In this document: positions 27,148-38,480 of the stretch, in pieces
How the letters are laid out: each line of letters opens with the position of its first letter
Numbering within the stretch: the stretch's first letter is position 1
Origin: Deltaproteobacteria bacterium
Lineage (GTDB): Bacteria > Desulfobacterota > Syntrophia > Syntrophales > UBA2210
Assembly (NCBI GenBank): GCA_018399535.1
Contig: JAGYOR010000003.1
Coordinates: 1 to 38,480, forward strand
DNA: 38,480 bases
Direction: 5' to 3'
The notes under the pieces: generated by a model
Databases searched by the model: none
Told to the model about the DNA's origin: nothing
What the model saw: only the letters and a program-made list of their open reading frames with translations
Position numbers and translations under genes: made by a program

Positions 27148-27220
27148 ATTGTTGCGTGCCCCGACGATGTTGTCAACCGGTTGTTCAAAGTAATGTTGTT
27201 CGGAGCAATGTTCGGAGTAA
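27148..27220 (-). promoter_or_regulatory. Putative gpmA promoter with three upstream 12-bp direct repeats
   Basis: Minus strand TTGACA(27176-27171)-N17-AACAAT. Plus-strand repeats TGTTCAAAGTAA, TGTTCGGAGCAA and TGTTCGGAGTAA at 27182, 27197 and 27209. Confidence 0.4.
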
Positions 27221-27390
27221 AAAAATATTCCAGCTGAGTATCCCGTTCGCGCGTTTGATATACTCTGCACCCCTGTCGCCCGCGCTCGACATGATGTCGG
27301 TCCGAATCGGGCGGGGGAACCTTTTGAGCTGTCTGGTGATCTTCGTCCCCGTGCATTTCTGAGGATAATAACGGTACAGATTGTTTCATA

Positions 27391-28152
27391 TTACTGCAGG
27401 ATCAGGTGCTGCGGGTCCACCTCTTTACGTAATATTCTCAATTCTTCCGCCGAGGGCGGTTCCGCTTCTACCGTTCTCGACACGTCGACGGGGAAGCCGG
27501 TATTCTCTAGTATTGTTTCAACAGGCACACCGGGATAGCGGCAGGCGAGGTACATTTCTTTCGTTGGATCGTCGAATTTCATGACGCCGAGGTTCGTAAC
27601 CACCGCTATGGGACCGCCCCGCGGAAGTCCAAGCCTGCGCCGGGAATCTCCTCCCCTGTACCAGCCCACGCTTGTCAGGTAGTCCAGCTTTTCGACGAAA
27701 CGGCGCTTCTCGTGTTTCACGAACGAGATCACGCCCGAGGCGCACGAGGCCGCGTCGCAGGCGCCGCCGCTTCCCGGAAAGCGAGTCGCTGGCCGGTGAT
27801 AGTCGCCGAGCGAGGTGGTGTTGAGGTTCCCGTACCGGTCGATTTGTGCGGTTCCCAGGAGGGCGATGGTGCGAAGTTTGCGGTGCCCCAGCAGTGAAAG
27901 AGCGTCTATCAGGCCCGTGTTTATCGAGGTGCCGCTCATGACCCTCGGATCGCCCACGGTCATGGGAAGTTCCCGAAGATCGGGATCGATGCCGCCGGTT
28001 TCAAAGAAAAAAACCGCCCCGGGCGCGTAGATCCGTTTCGCCGTTGTCGCGGCCAGCATCGAGACCCCCGTTCCCGCGAAGACGATGTCGCCGTCTTTGA
28101 TGAGACGCCCGGCGGCGAGGGCCATCATTTCGGTGTCGGTGTAGCCTGTCAT
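27391..28152 (-). CDS. Family I CoA-transferase subunit B (glutaconate CoA-transferase-like)
   Basis: VFAGTG, FFETGG (catalytic Glu position), AQIDRYGNLN, GSGGA, HEKRRFV and VVTNLG. ATG 28152 follows GAGGAG. Confidence 0.88.
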   Translation of the reverse strand: MTGYTDTEMMALAAGRLIKDGDIVFAGTGVSMLAATTAKRIYAPGAVFFFETGGIDPDLRELPMTVGDPRVMSGTSINTGLIDALSLLGHRKLRTIALLGTAQIDRYGNLNTTSLGDYHRPATRFPGSGGACDAASCASGVISFVKHEKRRFVEKLDYLTSVGWYRGGDSRRRLGLPRGGPIAVVTNLGVMKFDDPTKEMYLACRYPGVPVETILENTGFPVDVSRTVEAEPPSAEELRILRKEVDPQHLILQ

Positions 28153-28165
28153 GGTGATAATCTCC

Positions 28166-29134
28166 TCATTTTCTGTCGAGGCCGACGGCGTATCCCCGCT
28201 CGGGATCGGCCCGCAGGGCGCGCAGCGCAGTGTCGCCGATTTTTTCGAGGTACGCCTCGTGTGACGGCACGCCGTAAATCCACTTGTCCAGGTACGCCCG
28301 CCAGGTCTCATCATCGCCGGCCGCAGCGCGGTAAAGGTTGAGATGGCCGGGATCGTAGTCGTAAAAACCGTAACACGCCGTAGGATGGGCGCCGTGAGGT
28401 GCGTGAACGATGGCATCCACCAGAAAAGGCGGAAGGGAGTTGGCATCCGGGTCGCGCCTGATGATTGACCGGGGGACGATTTCCTCGCAGCTCACGATAA
28501 CGACGTCCGCCGATTTTGCCTGTTCGATGTCGGCGAAGCTCAAACCGGTGATGCGCACGGTGCCGTCATCGCCGACGTACTGGGCGTGTACCAGGGCCAC
28601 GTCGGGGGTGAGAGCCGGCAGGAGCACGACCGGGTCATCATCGTTGCTGAAGGGGTTCTGCGCGATCACCACCTTTTTTGACGCGACGTTCCGTTCTTTT
28701 CGTATTCCCGGAGGGAATCCTTCCAGGCGAATCACGTCGCTTCCGAGCCCCGATTTCGAAGGAATATAGGGGACGCCCAACGCGCCGGCCAGGAACCGGA
28801 GACTCATCTGGTAGTTCGAATAATCCTCGAAAAGAATTTTATTATTTTCGACGGCGTCCCTGAAGCGGATGCACGTCGGAGCGTACCTGCCGTTGCCGCC
28901 GTAGGCGAGTTCGAGCCGGGAAACGCAGCCGGCACCGATGAGCAGATCGAGGGCCTGGCCGTGGGAATGACAAACCAGGTGAAGGTCTTTCACGCCCTGC
29001 CGGGCAATTTCGCAGGCGAGCGCCATGGGGTTGCGGTTGATGGTGAATCCGCCGATGGCGACCTGGGAGCCGTTCCCGATAAAACGCCTGACCGCGTCTG
29101 CAGGGCTCATCAACTTGTCGTCAATATCGGACAT
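28166..29134 (-). CDS. Family I CoA-transferase subunit A
   Basis: IGGFTINRNPMA, DLLIGAGCV, RFLAGALGVP, PDVALVHAQ and GAHPT. Confidence 0.88.
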   Translation of the reverse strand: MSDIDDKLMSPADAVRRFIGNGSQVAIGGFTINRNPMALACEIARQGVKDLHLVCHSHGQALDLLIGAGCVSRLELAYGGNGRYAPTCIRFRDAVENNKILFEDYSNYQMSLRFLAGALGVPYIPSKSGLGSDVIRLEGFPPGIRKERNVASKKVVIAQNPFSNDDDPVVLLPALTPDVALVHAQYVGDDGTVRITGLSFADIEQAKSADVVIVSCEEIVPRSIIRRDPDANSLPPFLVDAIVHAPHGAHPTACYGFYDYDPGHLNLYRAAAGDDETWRAYLDKWIYGVPSHEAYLEKIGDTALRALRADPERGYAVGLDRK

Positions 29135-29356
29135 GGCACTCTCCTTTTTCCGGTTCTGTCAATCGTAAGCAGAGATAGATCGCCCGGAGCGGAGAAAAAT
29201 GTCAAGCGTTTTTCAACGCAGCGGTGTTTCCCGGCGCTTATACATTCAGGAGGCGGAATAAAATGACATTTTTCTTCGATCATGTTAAATTATAATGTGA
29301 TGTCGCACATGCGGGCGGATTTGTACCCATAATGAAGGAGAATGTAAGAGCGAGCG

Positions 29357-30430
29357 ATGAATAAGTTCTGGAGCGACTGTATTCGTGGACTTCAGCCGTA
29401 CACGCCGGGGGAACAGCCTCGAATCAGGGGATTGATCAAGCTGAACACGAATGAAAATCCCTATCCGCCGTCACCGGCGGCGCTTGACGCCATTCGCCAG
29501 GCCGCCTGCGGCGATCTCCGTCTCTACCCTGATCCCGAGGGAACGGAGCTGCAACGCACCATCGCCGGGTCGTTCGGTCTGTCCGAAAACCAGGTTTTTC
29601 TGGGCAACGGATCGGACGAAGTGCTGGCGTTTGTTTTCCTGGCCCTGCTCAAGCACGAGCGGCCCGTTTTCTTTCCCGATATCACGTACAGTTTTTACCC
29701 GGTATACTGCGCTCTCTTCGATATCGCCTATGAAACGATTCCCCTGGACGGGACCTTCCGGATCGACATTGCCGATTACCGGCGTCCGAACGGCGGCGTC
29801 GTGCTGGCGAATCCCAACGCCCCCACGGGATCGGCCCTGGACAGAGAAGAGATACGCGAACTGCTGGAGATGATGCCGGGCTCGGTGGTGGTCGTCGATG
29901 AAGCCTATGTCGATTTCGGCGCCGCGTCGGTTGTTTCCCTGGTGAAGGAATTCGACAACCTGCTCGTGGTTCGCACGCTGTCGAAATCGCACTCGCTTGC
30001 CGGCTTGCGGGTCGGCTTTGCTATGGGCAACCCGTCGCTCATAGAAGCGCTCAGGCTCGTAAAGAACTGTTTTAACTCCTATCCCCTTGACAGGCTCGCC
30101 CTTGCCGGCGCGGAGGCGGCGCTCCGCGACAGGGAGTATTTCGAGGAGACCCGACGGAAAATCATGGCGGACCGGGAACGGCTCGCGTCGGAACTCGCGT
30201 CGCTCGATTTCGACGTGTTTCCGTCGAGTGCCAATTTTCTGTTCGTGAGCCACTCCGATTACGATGCCGCGGATCTGATGCGGCTGCTCCGCGAGCGGCG
30301 CATCCTGGTACGGCACTTCAAGGGCGAAAGAATTTCACGGTTTCTGCGTATTTCGGTAGGCCTTCCGGAGGAGTGCGACGCGGTGGTGAATGCGCTGAGG
30401 GAGATTTTCAGGCAACGCCCGGAGATTTGA
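29357..30430 (+). CDS. hisC: Histidinol-phosphate aminotransferase
   Basis: YTPGEQP, KLNTNENPY, GNGSDE, NPNAPTG, VDEAY and RTLSKSHSLAGLRVG. Confidence 0.92.
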   Translation: MNKFWSDCIRGLQPYTPGEQPRIRGLIKLNTNENPYPPSPAALDAIRQAACGDLRLYPDPEGTELQRTIAGSFGLSENQVFLGNGSDEVLAFVFLALLKHERPVFFPDITYSFYPVYCALFDIAYETIPLDGTFRIDIADYRRPNGGVVLANPNAPTGSALDREEIRELLEMMPGSVVVVDEAYVDFGAASVVSLVKEFDNLLVVRTLSKSHSLAGLRVGFAMGNPSLIEALRLVKNCFNSYPLDRLALAGAEAALRDREYFEETRRKIMADRERLASELASLDFDVFPSSANFLFVSHSDYDAADLMRLLRERRILVRHFKGERISRFLRISVGLPEECDAVVNALREIFRQRPEI

Positions 30431-30555
30431 CCGCTTGTGGCGAGAGGCCAAATCTGGTACACAGGTCACGTGCGGAGGAACGAACGTCGGGCGGAACGCC
30501 GCGTGGTTCATCGCAAGTCCGCACAATACACTGGTACAAAGCGAGGATATATATT

Positions 30556-30933
30556 ATGGCGACATTGCCCGAACAAGTAATCAAGGCATGGGAAGACCGG
30601 GAGGGTCCGGTCGTTTTTGCGACCGTTGACAAGGCGGGAACACCCAACGCGATATACGCGACCTGCGTATCGAAATTCAGCGATGAGACTATCGTGATCG
30701 CGAACAACTATTTTTCAAAGACCCTGGAAAACATCCGGACGGGCAGCAGGGGGGCCGTTCTTTTTATCACGAAGGACGGGACGTCCTACCAGATCAAGGG
30801 TAGCATCACAAATCACAGCGAGGGTCCTGTTTTCGACGACATGAAAACATGGAATCCGGCGGAACATCCCGGTCATTCCGCGGCCGCCGTGACTGTGGAA
30901 GAGGTCTACGCGGGAGGGGAAAGGCTGCTGTAG
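30556..30933 (+). CDS. Pyridoxamine 5'-phosphate oxidase family FMN-binding protein
   Basis: FATVDKAGTPN, NYFSKTLENI and SYQIKG (split-barrel family). ATG 30556 follows GAGG. Confidence 0.82.
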   Translation: MATLPEQVIKAWEDREGPVVFATVDKAGTPNAIYATCVSKFSDETIVIANNYFSKTLENIRTGSRGAVLFITKDGTSYQIKGSITNHSEGPVFDDMKTWNPAEHPGHSAAAVTVEEVYAGGERLL

Positions 30934-31079
30934 GAACCCCCTTCCGGGGTCCTTGCGTGTCTTCGGTATACTATTCAACAAGTTCCGGCTGGAATGCCGG
31001 GATGCGAGGACCGGACGGGGTGCGTGGCGAAGGCACATTCCGTCCGGGCATGAATGGCCGGAGAAAACGCACTTTCCGC

Positions 31080-31107
31080 TTGACAAAAACGCGTCGTTTT
31101 CCATACT
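31080..31107 (+). promoter_or_regulatory. Putative promoter with palindromic operator in the spacer
   Basis: TTGACA-N16-CATACT, with AAAACG-cgt-CGTTTT (31086-31100) filling the spacer. Confidence 0.4.
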
Positions 31108-31312
31108 AGAAAACTTGTATGAACATCCTTTACCGCTCCGCCAACTCCGCGTATTTTCCGATTCCAACACAGATATCGTCTACGCTTTTTCAGAAACCGT
31201 GATCGGGCAGTCGTAACGAGACACGCAAGCGGTAGCCTGTTCTCGATGCTGTCGGTACGACAGGCTCGCGGCAATACGAAGAAAGTTGGGAACATAGAAG
31301 AGGGGGCGACCT

Positions 31313-32593
31313 ATGAGAGTTGTGAAAACACTGTTGGTGATAATCGCTGCATTCGCCTGCATCGGCTGGCCGGCGGCGGGCGCCGCGGAAGAAGTGGTGA
31401 TGGGGTACACCGGGCCGTTGAGCGGACCTGCAGCAGAGTATGCAAAGGACAACTTCACCGGCGCGGATCTGGCCATCCGGGAAATCAATGCCGACGGAGG
31501 CATAACGGTAGCGGGCAATAAGTATACCTTCAGACTTGAATGTCTTGACGACCAGATGTCTCCCGAAGCGGCCGTCGCCAACGCCCGCAAGCTCGTGTCG
31601 AGATACAACGCGCCGGTGGTATTCAATTCCCTGGCTCACTGTATTGGTCCATTGTTGAAGGTGAATGTGGAACCGGGGAACGAATTTCTCATAATGGGAT
31701 ATTCGAGTATTCACAGTTTGCATAATTTCGGGAACCCGCTTTTTATAAATCCCACGCCGAACTTTATTGCGTACATTATCGCCTATTGTGACATCGCCTG
31801 GCAGAAGGGTTTCCGCCGGGGGGCCATGGTAGTCGTCAACACGGCCTACGGGGATGCCTGGCGCGGTCAGTTCAGGAGTCACTGGGAGAGACGGGGAGGA
31901 ATCATAACCGCCGATCACGCGGTTCCTTATACGGGGAACCCGGACGACTACCGGAAGGAATTGGAAGATGCTATAGCGGCGGACCCGGATTTCATTATCA
32001 TCGGCGGCGCATCGGTGCCGACGGCGCTCGTCGCCAAACTGGCACGGGAGCTTGGTTACGACGGAGCTTTCCTGCTGAGTGACCAGGCTCGCATGGACGC
32101 AATGGCCCGATTCCTGGATCACCGGGAAATTCGTTATCATAACGGTACCGACGTGCTGAACAGCGTGATCGGCGTTGCCAATATAGCCGACCTGCCGCTG
32201 CCGTACTCTTCCACGTTTGCAGAGAAGTACACGAGTATATTCAAGAGACCTCCCGCGTGGGAAACGGCGCTGAATTACACTGCCATGAAAATTATAGCCA
32301 GGGCCATGGTCAGGGCTGGAACGGTTTCCGATCCCTTCGCCATCCGGGCGGCCATACCCGAACTGCTCGAGGAGAAGCCCATACTGGGAGAAAAATCGCC
32401 CAACGAGGTGTTTGGTATTGAAGATAACGGCATTTTAAAAAGTGCGGGTGTCTTACAGACCGTTGAGGACGGCCGGGTCAGCAGGGTGGATCACATTTTC
32501 TCTTTTCCAAAAAGCGAGGAGGAATTCTACGAGGCACTCAATCAGAGCAAAGCCATAGAGCCGGAAAATATCCGCTGGTTCCCCCTGCGGTAG
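31313..32593 (+). CDS. ABC transporter substrate-binding protein (LivJ-like, periplasmic binding protein type 1)
   Basis: Signal peptide, GYTGPLSGPAA, LAIREINADGGI, LDDQMSPEAAVANA and LARELGYDG. Confidence 0.88.
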   Translation: MRVVKTLLVIIAAFACIGWPAAGAAEEVVMGYTGPLSGPAAEYAKDNFTGADLAIREINADGGITVAGNKYTFRLECLDDQMSPEAAVANARKLVSRYNAPVVFNSLAHCIGPLLKVNVEPGNEFLIMGYSSIHSLHNFGNPLFINPTPNFIAYIIAYCDIAWQKGFRRGAMVVVNTAYGDAWRGQFRSHWERRGGIITADHAVPYTGNPDDYRKELEDAIAADPDFIIIGGASVPTALVAKLARELGYDGAFLLSDQARMDAMARFLDHREIRYHNGTDVLNSVIGVANIADLPLPYSSTFAEKYTSIFKRPPAWETALNYTAMKIIARAMVRAGTVSDPFAIRAAIPELLEEKPILGEKSPNEVFGIEDNGILKSAGVLQTVEDGRVSRVDHIFSFPKSEEEFYEALNQSKAIEPENIRWFPLR

Positions 32594-32607
32594 GTTTCAT
32601 TTTCGGC

Positions 32608-32636
32608 TTGACATGACGCGGTATCTGCTATAGAAA
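32608..32636 (+). promoter_or_regulatory. Putative rpsT promoter
   Basis: TTGACA-N17-TAGAAA. Confidence 0.5.
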
Positions 32637-32682
32637 ACCGCTTTTATTGCGGCTTATTTCAGATTGAAAGGAAGGTTCTGAG

Positions 32683-32958
32683 TTGGCAACCCACAAGTCA
32701 GCGGAAAAACGGTACCGCCAGAGCGAGCGGCGCAGGCAGAGAAATGTAGCGACGAAATCCCATGTCAGGACGCGGGTTAAAACGGTTCTTACCTCGGTGG
32801 CGTCGAAGGACGAAGATAAGTCCCGGGAAGAACTGTCGAAGGCTGTCAAGGTTATCGACAAAGCCGCCGGCAAGGGCGTGTTGCACAAGAACACGGCAAG
32901 CCGGAAAATTTCAAGGCTGACCAGGAAAGTCAACGCCCTTTCGGGCAGCGCCGGTTAA
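32683..32958 (+). CDS. rpsT: 30S ribosomal protein S20
   Basis: MATHKSAEKRYRQ...IDKAAGKGVLHKNTASRKISRL. TTG start. Confidence 0.96.
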   Translation: MATHKSAEKRYRQSERRRQRNVATKSHVRTRVKTVLTSVASKDEDKSREELSKAVKVIDKAAGKGVLHKNTASRKISRLTRKVNALSGSAG

Positions 32959-33464
32959 AAACCGGACATCATATCCCGGTAGGCCTTTTCGGCCAAATCC
33001 TCGGCACATTTTCTCAGGGCGTCCTTCCTGCTTCTTTCGGTGGCGCTCGCGTCGTCGGTGACGCGATAGGTTTCCGTTCCCGAGTAATTCCTGCGCGACC
33101 ACAGGATCTCTCCGGTGCTGTCCTGGAACGTTATATCAAGGCTCATGCTGACCCTGTCTTCCACGGCGCTCTCGGCCACCCTATAAGTGGCTCGGGACGT
33201 TCGAATAGCGGTCACAGTCCCCGAAATATCGGCATCGCACGTTTCGGAACTTCCGGCGACGCTGAAACGTCCGCCATATCTGAGCTGTTCCACGAAGGCG
33301 TTTCTTACATAATTTTCAATCAGCGGTTCCGGTGTCGAATTTTTGAAGGGTGCCACGTAGACGTCCCGTATCGACGGATCGACCGCGTCTCCCATTCCGG
33401 CGAAGTGATACCCGCAGGACACGGGCAAAAGACAAAGAATACACAGCAGCATGTTCCGTATCAT
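32955..33464 (-). CDS. lptE: LPS-assembly lipoprotein LptE family
   Basis: Lipobox PVSCGY, VYVAPFKNST and a C-terminal helix. Located directly downstream of leuS. Confidence 0.8.
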   Translation of the reverse strand: MIRNMLLCILCLLPVSCGYHFAGMGDAVDPSIRDVYVAPFKNSTPEPLIENYVRNAFVEQLRYGGRFSVAGSSETCDADISGTVTAIRTSRATYRVAESAVEDRVSMSLDITFQDSTGEILWSRRNYSGTETYRVTDDASATERSRKDALRKCAEDLAEKAYRDMMSGF

Positions 33465-33491
33465 GGCGAATGTTTCCTTCCGGCCGCCGCC

Positions 33492-36077
<2,586 letters not shown>

Positions 36078-36202
36078 GATTTGCTCCGTTCCAGATTCTG
36101 GTATGCTTGCTGTAAAACGCCGCTTTCCTACCACACTTTACGGTAACAATCAAAGCCGGGATGCGGGCCGGACAGTGCCTCATGAAAGGGTGTCCACAGC
36201 TT

Positions 36203-37567
36203 TCATCCGAAGTAATCCAGTTTCACCGTCAATATTTTTTCGATCTGGGGAATTGCCGAGCGCATGGTCACGAGAATGACATGGTCGCCCGGCAGGATGA
36301 CCGTGTCTCCCGTGGGAATGATAACCTGCTCGTTCCTGAGGATGGCTCCGATGATGGTTCCCTTCGGGAATTTTATGGTTGCGAGGGGATGTCCGGTTAT
36401 TTCCGACGTTTCGAGCGCGATGAACTCCACGGCCTCCGCCTTTTCATCGCTCAACGGCGTGGAGGAAATAATTTTTCCCTTCCGTATGAAATGAAGGATC
36501 TTTCCGATAGTCGCCTGGCGGGGATTCATAACGCCATCGATGCCGATCATGGGAATCAGGTGCGTGTAATCGATCTTGTTGATAAGGCACAGGGCTCGCT
36601 TCGCGCCCAGTTGTTTGGCCAGCAGGGCGCCAAGAATGTTGGCTTCCTCGTCGCTGGTGACTGCTACGAAGTAATCGGCATCCTGGATATTTTCCTCCCG
36701 CAGCAGCCCCTGGCTGGTTCCGTCGCCGTGCAGGCAGATGGTCCTGTCCAGGCGGCTGGAAAGCATTTCGCACCGGTCCTGTCTCTTTTCTATAATTTTC
36801 GTGCTCATGCCCTTTTCTTCGAGTTCTTCCGCCAGCATCAGGGCTGTCGTACCGCCGCCCATGACGAAGACCCGTTCGGCCCGTTCCGTTTCTTTACCAA
36901 AAAATTTGAGAAGCTTCCGCACCTGCGACGATTCGATGAAGACGTAGATGTAATCCTTGGCCCGAATCACCGTGGACCCCGCGGGAACCAGGAGTTCGTT
37001 CGCGCGGATAATGGACGCGATGAGGGCGTCGCCGTCATAAGCGGCGCTGAATTCTTCGAGGTTTTTACCCACCATCAGGCAGGATTGATCCACGGAAAAA
37101 GCGACCAGTTTGATGCGTCCGCCGGCGAAATCCATTACCTCCGACGCTCCTGCATATTCCATGAGGCTTATCGCTCTCTTGACGGCCTCTCTCTCGGGAT
37201 TGATGCACAGGTCGATATTCAGGTAATTTCTGTCGAAAAGATTGGGCGCCTTGTCAAGATCGGGCGCCCTGATTCGCGCTATCTTGACGGGGACATTCGA
37301 CTGGGTGGCGGCAAGCAGACAGGCGACGATGTTGGTTTCGTCGCTGTCGGTAACGGCGACCAGCATTTCCGCCTGCTCGAGTTTCGCCCTTTTCAGTATG
37401 CGGGGGCTGCTGCCGCTGCCGTGAATAATCTGTACATCGAGATTTTCGGAGACATCTTTCAGGCGCTCCCCGTCCCTGTCGATAAGGATGATGTCGTTTC
37501 CCTCTTTCGACAGAATATCGGCGATATTGTAACCGACTTCACCGGCTCCTATAACGATAGCTTTCAT
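36203..37567 (-). CDS. trkA: Trk potassium uptake regulatory subunit TrkA (two RCK_N/RCK_C repeats)
   Basis: IGAGEVG, AVTDSDETN, INPE, MGGG, HGDGT, AVTSDEEAN and IPTGDTVILPGD. Confidence 0.93.
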   Translation of the reverse strand: MKAIVIGAGEVGYNIADILSKEGNDIILIDRDGERLKDVSENLDVQIIHGSGSSPRILKRAKLEQAEMLVAVTDSDETNIVACLLAATQSNVPVKIARIRAPDLDKAPNLFDRNYLNIDLCINPEREAVKRAISLMEYAGASEVMDFAGGRIKLVAFSVDQSCLMVGKNLEEFSAAYDGDALIASIIRANELLVPAGSTVIRAKDYIYVFIESSQVRKLLKFFGKETERAERVFVMGGGTTALMLAEELEEKGMSTKIIEKRQDRCEMLSSRLDRTICLHGDGTSQGLLREENIQDADYFVAVTSDEEANILGALLAKQLGAKRALCLINKIDYTHLIPMIGIDGVMNPRQATIGKILHFIRKGKIISSTPLSDEKAEAVEFIALETSEITGHPLATIKFPKGTIIGAILRNEQVIIPTGDTVILPGDHVILVTMRSAIPQIEKILTVKLDYFG

Positions 37568-37596
37568 GGCTGTTTTCCTTTGCCGCCGCGGCGGCT

Positions 37597-38154
37597 TCAG
37601 GTCGCGAAAGAAGTGTCGTCACGGCGCTGCAACCCGTCGATTGCCGATCGGACGCCTCTTTCCACGTCCCGCAGAAGATGATCCGATTCCACGATGTAAA
37701 TCGACGGCCACTGTTCAGACAGACGTCCCGACGCGCCGAGCGCGTCCAGCATTCCCGAAAGGAATGACTCCGCCAGATCTGCCGTCGAAAGTTCTTCGCG
37801 GTCCGCTCCGGGAACGGAAGCGGCGAATTCATTGCAACCGGCCGCCGTGAACGAGTTCACAATTGTCGCGCCGGCCTGGTACAGGTTATTCGGAGCCAGA
37901 TCTCCCACCATGCCGAGGCCGACGATCAAAACTTTCAGAGAAGGGAACGCACGCCGGTCCGGCGCAAGCAGGACGGTTTCTCCCTCCTTGCCGGTGATGC
38001 GTCCCGACGCCATCGAGCGCGATATCATGCCGTTCAGCCGCCAGTCAACCATGCCCGTGTATCCCCGGGGCGGACGTTCATCCGAGAAAAGGCCCAGCGC
38101 GAGACCTTCCTGCCACAGTTCCTGAACGGGCGTCGATGTCAGGTTAATCTTCAT
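37597..38154 (-). CDS. Stand-alone M17 leucyl-aminopeptidase N-terminal-like domain protein
   Basis: FSDERPPRG..G.VDWRLNGMISR, GETVLL and VLIVGLG. No catalytic M17 domain. The start overlaps the 3' end of nusB. Confidence 0.72.
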   Translation of the reverse strand: MKINLTSTPVQELWQEGLALGLFSDERPPRGYTGMVDWRLNGMISRSMASGRITGKEGETVLLAPDRRAFPSLKVLIVGLGMVGDLAPNNLYQAGATIVNSFTAAGCNEFAASVPGADREELSTADLAESFLSGMLDALGASGRLSEQWPSIYIVESDHLLRDVERGVRSAIDGLQRRDDTSFAT

Positions 38155-38480
38155 GTCCTGTTGTCTGCATGCGGGAATAAAAAGCGTCGAGAATGCCGTT
38201 GACAAAAGACCCGGAATTTTCGGAGCCGAAGGTTTTGCCGAGGTCTATGGCTTCGTTAAGGGTCGCCTTGGGCGGTATCTCCTCCAGGTAGAGCAGTTCG
38301 AAGACCGCCATGCGCAGAATATTCTTGTCGACGCGGGCCATGCGTTCGAGGGACCAGTGATCGGAACAGTCGCGGATCGCCGTGTCGATCGCTTCGAGGT
38401 GTTCCGTTGTTCCCAGGATCAGCATCGCGGCGAATTCGCGCGCGTTCTCCGGCGCATCAAAATGCGACCAGAAAAGATCC
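38144..38480 (-). CDS. nusB: Transcription antitermination factor NusB (5' end outside the window)
   Basis: WSLERMARVDKNILRMAVFEL, IPPKATLNEAIDLGK and FVNGILD. Confidence 0.93.
   Translation of the reverse strand, partial: DLFWSHFDAPENAREFAAMLILGTTEHLEAIDTAIRDCSDHWSLERMARVDKNILRMAVFELLYLEEIPPKATLNEAIDLGKTFGSENSGSFVNGILDAFYSRMQTTGHED

Noticed and set aside
30932-30953. Hairpin after the PNPOx-like gene as an intrinsic terminator
   Set aside because: The stem is short and bulged with no convincing U-tract.

Overview
A GC-rich bacterial chromosomal segment. Gene content and style suggest an anaerobic Desulfobacterota/Syntrophales-like organism (inference). Most of it is housekeeping: xth, rarA, trpB2, gltX, purD, purH, tsaC, hpt, gpmA, a family-I CoA-transferase pair, hisC, rpsT, lptE, leuS, trkA and a truncated nusB. 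Three things stand out. (1) A 12.5-kb locus in which a membrane diadenylate cyclase fused to YbbR/CdaR repeats is divergent from an operon led by a DHH/DHHA1 phosphodiesterase. That operon continues with a GT4, a GT3-synthase/GT35-phosphorylase fusion and a GH57/GT5-synthase fusion, and ends tail-to-tail with a glucosylglycerate-synthase-like GT2. This is a candidate c-di-AMP-linked alpha-glucan/osmolyte system. (2) Two diverged copies of a non-coding element bounded by ~20-bp terminal inverted repeats (34-542 and 16137-16501). Each has an internal variable tandem array and lies in the same orientation upstream of a DNA-repair gene. (3) An unannotated Trp-codon leader peptide plus terminator/antiterminator (attenuator) upstream of a stand-alone trpB2. 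No CRISPR array, tRNA, rRNA, transposase or prophage was recognised. All calls come from motif recognition by eye; no database searches were run.
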